The position numbers were made by a program, and so were the translations under genes. Below, piece after piece: positions 43,920 to 57,359 of a stretch of DNA of 64,000 nucleotides. Location: the NCBI GenBank assembly GCA_009914755.4, contig CP086569.2, positions 13,632,001-13,696,000 on the forward strand, in the 5' to 3' direction. Every line of letters starts with the position of its first letter. Within the stretch, counting starts at the first letter, position 1. Source of the DNA: the human T2T-CHM13v2.0 reference genome, Homo sapiens. The notes under the pieces were generated by a model. The model was given only the letters and a program-made list of their open reading frames with translations, did not search any database and was not told the DNA's origin.

Positions 43920-44133
43920 ACAATCGTCCTTACACTGAATTCATTTATCGTGAAATGGTGGGCAGTCATGGTTGCAGAACTCAGTCTGCAATGCATATCA
44001 AACAATTCAGCTTTTTCTTGTGATATCATGATTTTCACTATTTTGGGGGAAGCACATCATTTAGGTCCTCTGGTGTCATTCATTGTTTCCATTATTGCAC
44101 TAAACACAAAAAATACATGAGAACTGCAAGAGA

Positions 44134-44432
44134 TTTTTTTTTTTGAGACAGAGTCTCACTCTGTCGCTTAGGCTGGAGTGCAGTGGCACAATCTCAGCTC
44201 AGTGCCACCTCTACCATCTGGGTTCAAGTGATTCTCCTGCGTCAGCCTTCTGAGTATCTGGGATTACAGGCATGCTGCACCATGCCCAGCTAATTTTTGT
44301 ATTTTTAGTAGAGACACGGTTTCACCATGTTGGTCAGGCTGGTCTCAAACTCCTGACCTCATGATCCTCCCTTCTTGGCCTCCCAAAGTGCTGGGATTAT
44401 GGGATTACAGGCATGAGCCACCATGCCCAGCC
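44134..44432 (-). mobile_element. Alu SINE in antisense orientation with a target-site duplication (aagagatt).
   Basis: gcaagagatt precedes the poly-T head and ccaagagatt follows the 3' boundary. The element begins tttttttttgagacagagtctcactctgtcgcttaggctggagtgcagtggcac…. Confidence 0.88.
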
Positions 44433-44571
44433 AAGAGATTACTTTTTACCATGATACATAATTTACTGAAGAGACTAACTGCTCACTCAGGAGTTTAGAA
44501 TCACACAGCATTTTAAGTATACTCAGCAACACTGGAGCTCACTGAAATAAACATATTTTAAGTATTCATGA

Positions 44572-44884
<313 letters not shown>

Positions 44885-46051
44885 TTTTCTTATTTTTTTT
44901 TTCAATATTTCTAAGCTATGTTGTTCATCTGTTTTCTCTAATTGTCACAAATTTTCTAAAAATTTTCCAATACTCATCATTTATGTTAAAAGATCCATAT
45001 ATATTAATGAGTAGACCAGTGCAGTTCAAGCCCATGTTGTTCAGGGGTCAACTGTACTTGTTACTGGGAAATAAACATAACTTTAAGGAATAAAATTAGG
45101 TGATGTGTCCAGCTTACCTTCAAATGGTTCATTAAAATGACATATACATATAAACAGAGATACCTGTAAAAACAAATAGGCAACATCTAAACAGTTGATA
45201 TATCTGGATAAACAGTAGTTCATTGTATTATTTTTGCACCTCGTCTATAAATTTGAAATTACATTAAAATGTAAAGTCATACACATAAACCAACCCCATG
45301 CCACACACTCCCCCTCAAGAAAAAAAAAATAGCTTTTAGTTCAAAGTGTATAGGGGATGAAAAAGTACCTCGAGTGCCAGTCTGATGTTTAAACAGATGT
45401 TTCAGTATCAGTGGTCGGAAAAACAAGAAAACATATATGCAACTGAAAGTCTTTTTATATTATTGTGCCAGATTTTTAAAGAAAACTTGAGGTTCTGAGA
45501 TTTGGTGCAATCTGTCAGTCTCATGGAAGTAAGCTGTACGTTTCTACAACAGTTAGCAGGTGTTCCTGTATATAGAAGTAAAAAGCCACGAGTCAAAATA
45601 TGTGAGATTTCTTTCTTCACTAAATAGTGCACATTCTAAACATTCTATTCCATCTTTATTGCAAGTCAAGATTTTGCTTCTAATTGAAGAACGTTTTTTG
45701 GCACCAAGTGTGAACGTTACAAGGTCCAAGAGATGTATACCTGAGAAATACCTGTGTCTGTTGCAGAAGAAAAACAACATATTTCCTCCCATACTATGTT
45801 TAAAAGTTTCGGGATAAAGGTCTTTCATTCCTGACAACACTTGGTATTGGCATGTATTTCAACTGTCTTCTGTTTAATCTCGCAAACAGTCATTTTCAGG
45901 CATATGGTTTTTATCGTATTCTTCTAATGCTTTTCTTCTGTTACTTTTATTTTGCTAGGTATTGGGATAAGCCACCTTAGGGCACTTTTCTTTAAAAGCA
46001 TGGCTTTTGTGTTGGAGTAAATTCATATTTTAGTTGAGTGTTACCTTTTGA

Positions 46052-46350
<299 letters not shown>

Positions 46351-46407
46351 TGCCTAGCCAGGACAGTAGCTTTGAACTTAATCTTTGCTGTTTAAAATGT
46401 ATTTACA

Positions 46408-46701
<294 letters not shown>

Positions 46702-47345
46702 TTACAAACACTGAGATTTTCACCCAGTAGATGATGTTAATAAAGTAAATAAAAAGCATTTACCAATTTTATATTAAAAAATAAAGATTTCTGACATAGG
46801 CTAGGCCTGGTTTCCAACACAAGTATTTATAATCATAATGACAAGGTAGGTTTTTCAGAGTATCTGAGACTGTTTGAGCCAGTTCATACCCTGGTGATTG
46901 AGATACTCATATGATAACTTTATAAAATACAGCATTTTCTCTCATCTTAATTTTTTTGAGTGAATAAAGAAGTGATATTTTTAATGTTGAAATACTTTGC
47001 CTACAAAGAAGGAAGGAAATATTTTGCCTACAAAGAAGGAAGGAAAATGGAAACATGATGGTAAAAAAATCGTAGGCTGTACTCACAAATTGCGCCAGTG
47101 TGTGTGATGAATGAAGGGGGAATTAAGACTAAAAAAATATTTTTGATAACGTGTTCAGCAAGTTATATTTTTCTTTGTGTAAAAAGTGACTGTATTTTTG
47201 TGGGAGTAAAGGGTTTAAATAAACATACCATAATTACAAGTTTCCGTTAATGAGAATGATTATTAACTTAATAATTTCTTTTTACCTAAGTCAATAATGT
47301 TGTGGATATACATGTGTATAATGCATAATTTTGGTTTATTTGCAG

Positions 47346-47433
47346 ATCATGAAGACTATGATCCACAAACAGTGAGGCTTGGAAGTCGATACAGTCATGT
47401 TCAAGAAGTTCAAGAACGACTAAACTTCCTTAG
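47346..47433 (+). CDS. USP9Y: USP9Y coding exon of 88 nt encoding (D)[28 protein letters not shown] plus the first two nucleotides (AG) of an Arg codon.
   Basis: The acceptor AG is at 47344-47345 (ggtttatttgcAG|at) and the donor GTTTGT at 47434, which is weak because of a T at +3. The frame matches ORF-track 47297..47479. The upstream intron is about 10.4 kb. Confidence 0.85.
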
Positions 47434-47504
47434 GTTTGTTTTAAACCATCAGTGCTATTCTTTTAAGGCACTGCAGTGATAAGGAATGCAGGGTTATTCT
47501 GTAT

Positions 47505-47637
47505 TTATTTTTTCTTTTTGAGACAGGATCTCATTCTGTCATTCAGGCTCAAGTGCAGTGGGGCAATCTAGGCTCACTGAAGCCTCAACCTCTCCAGGAG
47601 GTGATCTTCCCACTTCAGCCTCCTGAGTGGCTTGTGA
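47505..47637 (-). mobile_element. Partial Alu consisting of the left monomer, in antisense orientation, about 75 bp downstream of the 47346-47433 exon.
   Basis: It reads ttttttctttttgagacaggatctcattctgtcattcaggctcaagtgcagtggggcaatctaggctcactgaagcctcaacctc…. Confidence 0.8.
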
Positions 47638-48753
47638 ATATTTTAACAATGATAGAGACAAAAGCAACCTCTAACTATGTATAATAACATTACTTTAAAT
47701 GGGATAAGTAAAGTTGTCTGTCCTTTAAGCCAAACCTATGTTCCAAACTGAATTTACTCAGTAATACATAGCTTTTAATGACATGTATTTTTTTATGTAT
47801 GTATAGCTTGAGTATTGAGAGATCTCTTAGAAATGCAGTTTACCATACTATTGCAAGAAAAGTATTTGAATAAGTATACTAAGAAAAGTTGCCAGAACTA
47901 TTTATCAGTGTTTTATAAAATTTACTGAATTCATTGTTTCTCTCTATTAATTCTGGGATTAGTTTTCTTTTTACAGAGCATGTAATTCTGTTTGCTGATC
48001 AATCAGATAATTTATGGGACAATATTTATTTGACATAAAGTCTGTTTTTTTTTTTATTCAGTCAGTTCATAACTATTGAGGATTTTACGGTCTGCCAGAT
48101 AGATCTCATCTTTATTATAGGATTTCAGTTTGCAAAATATTCTAGTATCAGGTTTTCTGACACTTGTAGTACCTTTTTTTTAACCACATAGAAAAACAAT
48201 CTGCCTCTTAATATTGAGTATCTCTTCCAAAGTGAGCCATTGTTTTTGGTAAATGTGTTCCTTAGGTTTATTGGGTTGGAAAAATTAGTTAGAATTTATT
48301 CATTCTATTAGTAAAGTTTAGAATCAGATGACCTTCCAGAGTTCATATTACAGTACTACAGTTAATCAAAGGGGGAAGCTATAAGAGCTAATGCCGGCTG
48401 TATATATTTGGCCTTGTGCTAATCACTTTACTCATCATGACAGCCTTGTGAGGCAGGTGTTAACTCCTCATTGGGATTCCATTTGGGGAAAACAAAGTGC
48501 TTTGAAATCACACAGCTGGTATGTGATAGAGACCAGATTACCCATATAGAAGTTTTTAAAAGTGTCTGCCCTATGACACCAGTGAATTTTCAGACATTTA
48601 CACTGAAACGTTAGTTTACAAACTGCTGTGTTTCATCTTGCTGGATCTCTTGTTGCTCATTTATAAATTAGGATGAGAGAGATTAGGTAGATTTAATCTA
48701 GGTGGTCCCTTCATGCTCAGCACTCTTACAGAGATATTAACAACTTAAAATTA

Positions 48754-49068
<315 letters not shown>

Positions 49069-49859
49069 GATCCAGAAGAAGAAACCTTCTGCTATTAAAT
49101 AAAAACACCACACTCTTTTTGGAATAAAGCCACTGTCATTTTGTTAACTAAGTGTGAAGTTATTATTCAAATTAAAATAAACTTATTTTTCCTTTCATTG
49201 TCATTCACAGAAATAGTAGACAGAGTGGGTGGAAGAGTGCTAAGAGAAAGTGGAAGCCAACCAAATAAAGAGACTGCTTAAAGCAGACTAATCATTGTTT
49301 TATTGTAGTGAACTAATAAATAGTGAAACAACTAAAAAGCTCGAGGACATCACTGAGGACACACTAATGATTACAGAGATAGACATAATTTTTAATTACT
49401 GGTGGATTTTTTGTTTCATATGGCTAGTTATGAGTGCAATATTTTCAGAAATGTAAGCAGTTTAAGCCGCTTTAAATTCATGGTGATATTTAGTTATCTC
49501 TGAAAGTCATTTAGTGTAATAACCTTATTTTGCAATGATATAATTTAAGGGAGAGCTAAATCAGTATTGGGTTTCAGAAGGAGAGCTGAAAATGAGGAGA
49601 AGTCTTCTTACTTAGGGCACATCACCCAGCAAAGTTGCTGGCATTTTGTAGCTGCCTCATATATATTTGTTAAACAAATGTGAATACCTGACACATTTTA
49701 AATTCCAGATATGTGTTTAACAAATTATTTTGAAAGAATTCATATTTTTAAAGCTGTAATTAAAATATAATTGTGGTGAAGTATTATGTTGTGCCTGTCA
49801 AAACTTGCTTTGCAGGAAAAAACTATGTTGACCCTAATTACTGATTTATGTTTCTCCAA

Positions 49860-50203
49860 GATTTTTACTGAAGGATGGCCAACTGTGGCTCTGTGCTCCT
49901 CAGGCAAAACAAATATGGAAGTGCTTAGCAGAAAATGCAGTTTATCTTTGTGATCGTGAAGCCTGTTTTAAGTGGTATTCCAAGTTAATGGGGGATGAAC
50001 CAGACTTGGATCCTGATATTAATAAGGACTTCTTTGAAAGTAATGTACTTCAGCTTGATCCTTCCCTTTTAACTGAAAATGGAATGAAATGCTTTGAAAG
50101 ATTTTTCAAAGCTGTCAATTGTCGAGAAAGGAAACTAATAGCAAAAAGAAGATCCTATATGATGGATGATTTGGAATTAATTGGACTAGACTACCTTTGG
50201 AGG
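49860..50203 (+). CDS. USP9Y: USP9Y coding exon of about 343 nt encoding (R)[114 protein letters not shown].
   Basis: The acceptor is tttctccaAG|a near 49858-49859 and the donor GTAAGT near 50204. The 3' half matches ORF-track 49988..50215. My hand count of the lines and the ORF-track coordinates disagree by 1 nt here, so the boundaries are ±1. Confidence 0.82.
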
Positions 50204-50458
50204 GTAAGTGAGTAGTAAGAACTTTCATATGCCAACATTGTACCTGAGGTTACTTTTTAAAAATAATTCAAGAGTCATAATTTTGCCTGAGAATTTCATG
50301 GCTATATTCTGTTTTGATGCTTGTCCTAGAAATCTAGGTGTGCAAGGATAATTGCTCTTCTTTACCTTCTTATATTTTATTCATTACTGGTTTTTTCTCT
50401 CACCCTGTTGTACTAACTTAGAATCTGTCACCCTTTTCAGATGTATAGAATTATAGTA

Positions 50459-50764
50459 GGCTGGGTGCGGTGTCTCATGCCTGTAATCCCAGCACTTTGG
50501 GAGGCCGAGGCAGGCAGATCACAAGGTCAGGAGACGGAGACCATCCTGGCTAACACGGTGAAACCCCGTCTCTGCTAAACATACAAAAACAAAATTATCC
50601 GGGCGTGGTGGTAGGTTCCTTTAGTCCCAGCTACTTGAGAGGCTGAGGCCAGGAGAATGATGTGAACCTGGGAGGCAGAGCTTGCAGTGAGTTGAGATTG
50701 CGCCACTGTACTCCAGCCTGAGGACAGAGCGAGACTCCGTCTCAAAAAAAAAAAAAAAAAAAAA
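50459..50764 (+). mobile_element. AluY-like SINE in sense orientation with an A-tail of about 25 nt and a target-site duplication (gaattatagta).
   Basis: …atgtatagaattatagta precedes the element, which begins ggctgggtgcggtgtctcatgcc… and contains the AluY-type segment …gagacggagaccatcctggctaacacggtgaaaccccgtctc…. It ends …ctcaaaaaaaaaaaaaaaaaaaaaaa, and the following sequence is gaattatagtaaccc. Confidence 0.9.
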
Positions 50765-51748
50765 GAATTATAGTAACCCTCTACATGCTGACTACATCTT
50801 CTATTCTCCCCTCCTTTGTGAAAGTTATTCTCTCTTTTTTATATAAGATAGATCTTGAAGTTTATATGTATTTGATGCTGACATGAACGATGGACAGAAG
50901 ACTATTACTAGGATATCATTATGAATCAATACCTTTATTGATATTGTTCACTTTGTATATATTTAAATAGCTGGAATAAATGTTGCATGCTCATAAAGCT
51001 AACTTTCCCATATTAATAGTGTAATATATCTTGTTGCCATCTTGATATATCTAATCTGTTGTGTCACAGCTTATATTTGGGTTTTATTATTTACTTATTC
51101 TCTGGACAAACTTTATGTAAACTGAGAAGTTGCTACGGTGTTCCATTAAAACCAGTGGTTTTTGAAACATTTTAACTAGTAGTAACTCCTATCAATTAAA
51201 AAACTATATACAGGTAGTGGAAGTAAGAGAGGAAAGCTTGCATTTCTTTGCTTAGTTTCCCATTATTCATTTCCTTTCTGTCTTCAAACTCCCCAAATTT
51301 TCATTCCTGAAATACTCTAAGGTGCAAGGATTCTAAACTTAGTTTGAAAAACACTGATTTATTAAATGATTGGTAAAGATTTACAAAAATTGCTGGGGCC
51401 AGCAGGACAGCTCTATGTTAAATAGTATTTCTCGCACCTTTTTTTTTTTAGCATACTTGAATTAACCCTTGAAAACCTATCAGCTTGACTAACAAGTTGA
51501 CAAGTTAAATATTATCACTTGAAGTATTTGTGTCTTTCATTCTTAAGCAAACGGCTTTGTTCAGAAAACTTGTATTTTTTATTAATCTTTGAATTCTTAA
51601 GATCCCTTATTGTATATTAAGTATCAATCAACTTATCTTTAAGTTATTGAAGATTATATTAAAAATAATTAAGGATATGATTTAAATTTAAATACCAAAT
51701 TAAACTGTATCTTGAATGGTTTTAATACTGTAATATTTTTGGAACCAG

Positions 51749-51844
51749 GTTGTGATTCAGAGTAGTGACGAGATTGCTAACAGAGCTATAGATCTTCTTA
51801 AAGAGATATACACAAACCTTGGCCCAAGATTAAAAGCCAATCAG
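51749..51844 (+). CDS. USP9Y: USP9Y coding exon in phase 0, encoding [32 protein letters not shown].
   Basis: The acceptor AG is at 51747-51748 (ggaaccAG|gtt) and the donor GTGAGA at 51845. The frame matches ORF-track 51752..51934. Confidence 0.88.
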
Positions 51845-52124
51845 GTGAGAATTGAAGTGCTTAAAAAGATCCACAACAATTGGGTTAAGTTGTTGGGTAG
51901 TATCTTTTTTAACCTGAAAATAACTAGAAAATAATCTTTAACTCTTGTCAAAAATATTTTTTCAGTGTTTAATCCACTTTTCTCCCTTGCCCAATGCTGA
52001 CTAAAGAAATGTTTCTTTGATAATTATCCTTAGGTGATTGAAATAATTTTAAATGTAATTATTCATTATCGTACGTTGAGATGGCCAGAACTTTGTCTTA
52101 GATTGGCCTTTTGTCTAGGCATTT

Positions 52125-52407
52125 GTTTTTTTTTGTCTTTTTGAGATTCCTGTCTGTCACCCAGGCTGGAATGCAGTGGTGCAGCCACAACTCAGCTACA
52201 GCCTGGAACTCCCAGGCTCAAGCTATCTCCCTGCCTCTGATTATAGGCGCACACCACCGCACCAGCTAATTTTTTTTTTCATTCTTCTTGTTAGAGATGA
52301 GACCTCACTATGTTGCCAGAGCTAGTGTCTAACTCCTGGGCTCATGCTATCGTCCCTCTTCAGCCTCCCAAAGTGCTGGGTTTACAGGCATGAGCCACAT
52401 GTGCCCG
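52125..52407 (-). mobile_element. Old Alu in antisense orientation.
   Basis: It begins tttttttttgtctttttgagattcctgtctgtcacccaggctggaatgcagtggtgcagcc… and ends …ggcatgagccacatgtgcccgac. Confidence 0.8.
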
Positions 52408-52424
52408 ACTGGACATTCACTTTT

Positions 52425-52718
52425 TTTTTTTTTTTTTGAGATGGAGTTTCACTCTTCTTGCCCAGGTTAGAGTTCAATGGCGGGATCTTGGCTGTCTGAA
52501 CCTCCGCCTCCCAGGTTCAAGCAATTCTCCTGCCTCAGCTTTCCGAGTAGCTGGGATTACAGGCGCCTGCCACAACACCTGGCTAATTTTGTATTTTTTT
52601 AGTAGAGACGGTTTCACCATGTTGGTGAGGCTGATCTTGAACACCTGACCTCAGGTGATCCACCTGCCTCGGCCTCCCAAAGAGCTGGGATTACAGGCGT
52701 GAGCCACCACACCTGGCC
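52425..52718 (-). mobile_element. Alu SINE in antisense orientation with a target-site duplication (acattcactttt), inserted immediately beside the previous Alu.
   Basis: ggacattcactttt precedes the poly-T head, and caacattcacttttt follows …ggcgtgagccaccacacctggcc. ORF-track 52436..52648 is its translation. Confidence 0.9.
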
Positions 52719-52926
52719 AACATTCACTTTTTAAAAACAAAATTGGTTTATACTTGCTAGTTTCACGTAATCAGTTTCCTTTTCAGGAAACTTGTGTTTT
52801 ACTACTGGGTAAATATGACTATGATTGAGTTACCTTTAAATTGACATTTTACTGCTTTTTATTAGATTGATGTCACATTTCATTTGTAAACAACCTGGAT
52901 TATCTGTATTTGTCCATTATTTATAG

Positions 52927-53138
52927 GTGGTTATCCATGAAGACTTCATTCAGTCTTGCTTTGATCGTTTAAAAGCATCATATGATACACTGTGTGTTTT
53001 TGATGGTGACAAAAACAGCATTAATTGTGCAAGACAAGAAGCCATTCGAATGGTTAGAGTATTAACTGTTATAAAAGAGTACATTAATGAATGTGACAGT
53101 GATTATCACAAGGAAAGAATGATTCTACCTATGTCGAG
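52927..53138 (+). CDS. USP9Y: USP9Y coding exon encoding [70 protein letters not shown] plus the first two nucleotides (AG) of an Arg codon.
   Basis: The acceptor AG is at 52925-52926 (ttatttatAG|gtg) and the donor GTTTGT at 53139, again with a T at +3. The frame matches ORF-track 52927..53148. Confidence 0.88.
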
Positions 53139-54296
53139 GTTTGTGTGAAGTTGATCTCTAGTGTTAATTTACAATTACTTAATATTTTCTTAGAAATTTA
53201 CTTAGGAAAGTAATAATAGGTTAAAAGGAAAGTGGGGGATATTCTTATTTCTGAATTCCAATATTCTCACCTTTAAAAACAGCTATATCTTTTTTAAAAA
53301 AGATGCTTTTTGATAGGGTACATTTTTATTTTGATTTATATTTTGGTAAGGTATTTCACTCCTTAGTTAACAGTGTCTCTTTTATTTTTCCAAGTTGTTA
53401 TCATTCCTTAAGTGTGATAGAGTTATTTTGCATTTGATGGTTTTTTTATTTGAACGTTCTTAAAAATAAAATTAAGAACTGCTTATTAAGCCAGTATGAG
53501 AAGGAATATTTTTAAATGGTGTTTGCTAAAATTCCTTTAAATTTAAAAACTAATTACCATAAAATAATTAGATGATCTAATAGTCAGATATTAATATAAT
53601 CATAAATTATATCCAAATTCTATAGCATGTGATACGAATAATAATCATATAACTAAATCATATAAGTATAACTAAAGTCAGTTACTTATTAACAATTTAA
53701 TGGCAATTACAGTTTTGGGGAAAGTTTACAGAATGAGCACAATCACGTTTTTTAAAAGTCTGATTCCACTTTCTTAACTGAAAAAATGTAAAATTGCTTT
53801 TTAATACTGTTTATTTTGCATCTTACCTATCAGAAGAGAATAAAGTAAGCAAGATTATACCAAGATAAATATTTTGGGGTATATTTTGACAGAAATGTGC
53901 ATTTTAGCATTTTTGTTGATATGTTCAAGCCGAAACTCATATTCCGTGTTTGAAAATAGTCTTAGTGAGTTGAGTTTTGTGGCATGAAAATAACTGAAGC
54001 ATTATTCATGTCTGTTGTGATCTATCATAAGTAGGAAGCTTTTTTTCAGCCTTCACAGAGATAAGATTAACAACAGAATTTGATTATTGCATTTCCAAGA
54101 TTGTGATGTTTGTTCACTGTTTAAAAGAAGCATGGTGTTCTAAAGATCCTAAATACAAAATAAGTTGTTTTAACTGTCATCCTCTGACTTAATAATAAAA
54201 TATTAAATTTTCAGGGTTTTTTTTAGCAGTCTGCTGAATATCATTGTGGTTTTTTCTTTTTTTAAAATTCTTTTTATTTACTTATTTATTTTTCAG

Positions 54297-54537
54297 AGCA
54301 TTTCGTGGCAAACACCTCTCTCTTATAGTTCGGTTTCCAAACCAGGGCAGACAGGTTGATGAGTTGGATATATGGTCTCATACGAATGACACAATTGGTT
54401 CAGTACGGCGATGTATTGTTAATCGTATTAAAGCCAATGTAGCCCACAAAAAAATTGAACTTTTTGTGGGTGGTGAGCTGATAGATTCTGAAGATGACAG
54501 AAAGCTAATTGGACAATTAAACTTAAAAGATAAATCT
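54297..54537 (+). CDS. USP9Y: USP9Y coding exon encoding (R)[80 protein letters not shown]. This corresponds to the ubiquitin-like (UBL) module that precedes the USP catalytic domain in USP9X/USP9Y.
   Basis: The acceptor AG is at 54295-54296 (tttatttttcAG|a) and the donor GTAAGT at 54538. The frame matches ORF-track 54244..54558. The peptide has a ubiquitin-fold spacing of hydrophobic residues (…SLIVRF…RQV…ELFVGGELI…KLIGQLNL…), and the UBL assignment comes from what is known of USP9X. Confidence 0.85.
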
Positions 54538-54883
54538 GTAAGTAAATACAGCTTTTAAATAAGTCATGAAACTTAAATGTTGAGGCTATATTAGTAAGCC
54601 TCAACATTTATTATTAACGTATTATTTAGTAAATGTCTGTTGGGCATCTAACTATTATGTACAAACTTCTGTGTTGGTATCTAGATTATAATCACCTTGA
54701 ATAAGATAGATGTCACAGAACTTAAAGGAAATACAATTAAATGGTTATGTTAGACAGTAATTTTTAAATGTATTTCTAAAATTAAAGCCTAAGGTGTATT
54801 TTAACCTTTCAATGTATCTAGTTCCCATTACTTGTAGAAATGTTTTGCCTTGTCTTTGCTAATAAACACACTGTTATTTTCAG

Positions 54884-55033
54884 CTAATTACAGCCAAACT
54901 TACACAAATAAATTTCAATATGCCATCAAGTCCTGATAGCTCTTCCGATTCCTCAACTGCATCTCCTGGAAACCACCGTAATCATTACAATGATGGTCCC
55001 AATCTAGAGGTGGAAAGTTGTTTGCCTGGGGTG
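54884..55033 (+). CDS. USP9Y: USP9Y coding exon in phase 0, encoding [50 protein letters not shown]. It is a Ser-rich, low-complexity linker segment.
   Basis: The acceptor AG is at 54882-54883 (ctgttattttcAG|cta) and the donor GTGAGT at 55034. The peptide is continuous with the flanking exons (…KDKS|LITAKL… …LPGV|IMSV…). Confidence 0.85.
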
Positions 55034-55802
55034 GTGAGTAATTCTCTATTCAAAATATGAAGAAATGTGTAGAATAGTTCTTTTTCTGAGGAGCTTCATA
55101 GATTTATAGAGATTCATAAATGGGTCAAAATGTCAACGGTATAGTCAACTGTTAACTTCTGAGTGAATTTCTTAGTTGTAGGAATTTATAATAAAATTAT
55201 GTAGGTAGAATTAATCTGTTATAGCTTACGTATGGTATTAAATATATAGCTCTAGAAGGTACTACTATATTTTCAGTCTTTTAGGATAGTTTTAAAGAAA
55301 AATAGGATGTATTATTTTCTATGATTCTTAGAAATACATCTCATATGTAAAGGAACAACAGCTTCTACCTTTCTTAGCCTTTCCCTCAGCCTCTTAAAAA
55401 TTATGCCTACAATTATACCAGTCACTTCAGCATTAGGGAGGTTTAAGTCTCTGAAAAAATTGGATTAGGAATTTAATTCCTGAGGGAGTGAGGTGCCTTT
55501 TGTATAATCAGCATCTGAGTACTATGTGAAACTACAGTTTACAAAAAAATCGAAAAACTGTTGCAATGAAATTACTCAAAGTATATTAGAAAGCTTAATA
55601 TGTAATGTATAAATTTGCATGTTGAATCAATGGATTTATCAATGTAAAAATAGTCATTTGGGGTGGTATAAATGGTATATCCAGAAATGTGATTGACCAA
55701 TAGAAACCTTATTTGAAGGATAGAGAGTGGATAAATTTTCATTAACAAAAAACTTTTTGTAGCACAATTTGCAGGTAAATATTTTGTATATTCTGTATTC
55801 TA

Positions 55803-55923
55803 GATAATGTCAGTGCATCCCAGATACATCTCTTTCCTTTGGCAAGTTGCAGACTTAGGTAGCAACCTGAATATGCCACCTCTTAGAGATGGAGCAAGAG
55901 TACTTATGAAACTTATGCCACCA
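55803..55923 (+). CDS. USP9Y: USP9Y coding exon encoding [40 protein letters not shown] plus the first nucleotide (G) of an Asp codon.
   Basis: The acceptor AG is at 55801-55802 (tattctgtattctAG|ata) and the donor GTAAGA at 55924. Confidence 0.85.
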
Positions 55924-57359
55924 GGTAAGAAAATGGTCCATCCCCCTATTCCACAGAAAGGATGCTCATAACTACATGATGGATGAAAAAGAAAATATTA
56001 ACAAATTCTGTTTGCAAATCTAATATACTTTGTGGAATAGTCTCTAATGTTGAACATGTGTCTTTCATAGTGTTGCTGATGAAAATATTTTCATGGATGG
56101 GAAAATATTTAGGAGCATGTAATTTTCATGAAATACTTCTAGAAAACTAATACTTCAGAAAGTCAGGGTTCTTTCAAGGCTCCCAGTGATGAACAACAGT
56201 CTCCTACCTCATCCATCTATCAAAGAAAACTCACCCTCAAGGTTTACCTTTCATTACTGGATATACCACTTTTTTTCTAAGCACTATGCCCATGCTATTT
56301 TTGTGTGTCAGGTTTTAGACATTAAGTATTGACTTGTGAAAATGTATTTCTTATGCGTTACCGCATCCTTACTCTCTGGTCATGTCACAGTTTTTGTTTA
56401 AATCTATATGCATTGTTCACATTTTTAACACAATGTGAAAATACTACAATCTCCTAAGTTACTCACACATGATTATACTAGATTTTAATATTGCCTTTAT
56501 CATTTGCTTGGTTTTCTTGGTGTTAATTACTAAATTTTCTCATACTCCTTCCAGTAATTTCCTACAACAATTGTTCATGTGGTCAGATCTGTTATATCAT
56601 GTTTTCTTGGAGCATTTCATCTTCCTGCTGCCTTGTGCTTTGTTCTCTTTGACACAGCTATCATTCTGGGACTTCTGTATACAGCCTTTCCTTTGGTGGT
56701 CTTCTGGTGCTCCTTGGTCTTGCATCTTTCTTGAGTTAATCTTCATTTTGCCGAAGCACACCCTCCTAAAAATCGATACATGGAAAACAAGATTTTTTTG
56801 TTAAGACATTACTTTTCTGAATGCACCTAAACTCTCCCACATGCAGTAGTTTATTATTTGGTTGTTTTGTTTTTTTCTATTTTTTTACTTGGAGTTGGTT
56901 GAACATAGAGCTGAAAGTAGAACATCTGCAGTTTCATGGCAATATTGGCTGCTGGGAGGACTGAACCTGTTGTGTCTTAACTTTCTGTCTAGAAGCTTTG
57001 TTTTTAACTCTTTAGTTCTGAAATCTAATGATGAAGTGCCTTGGAATGGTAGTTTTACTTTGATTTTTTTGTTGTTTGTTGTGTGTACTAAGTAATCAAC
57101 AGATCTTGTTAGTTGAAAGAGTAGTTTCTTCAGCTGTGAGAAATTGGTATTTTTGTATAAATAGCATCTGATTTTGAACTTACTGTCATTAAATGGCTTG
57201 TATTTCTTGGCCTACAAATGAGCCATTTTCCAGCTCCAAGACTAAATTGGCCATTTACCTGATCACTGATTTCTTTTAGTGTAACATGTTCCATAGAAGA
57301 TAAAATATGGGCTCTCTAACATATAAATAAAATCTACCATATGTATATGTCTATAGATG

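Noticed and set aside
50150-50215. An apparent 1-nt discrepancy (a possible frameshift near …RRSYM|MDD…) when I counted characters by hand around 49981-50170
   Set aside because: The ORF track reads straight through (…[20 protein letters not shown]…, 49988..50215), and the exon's frame is otherwise continuous with both neighbours. I attribute the 1-nt offset to my manual counting, not a real lesion, and have reported the exon boundaries as ±1.
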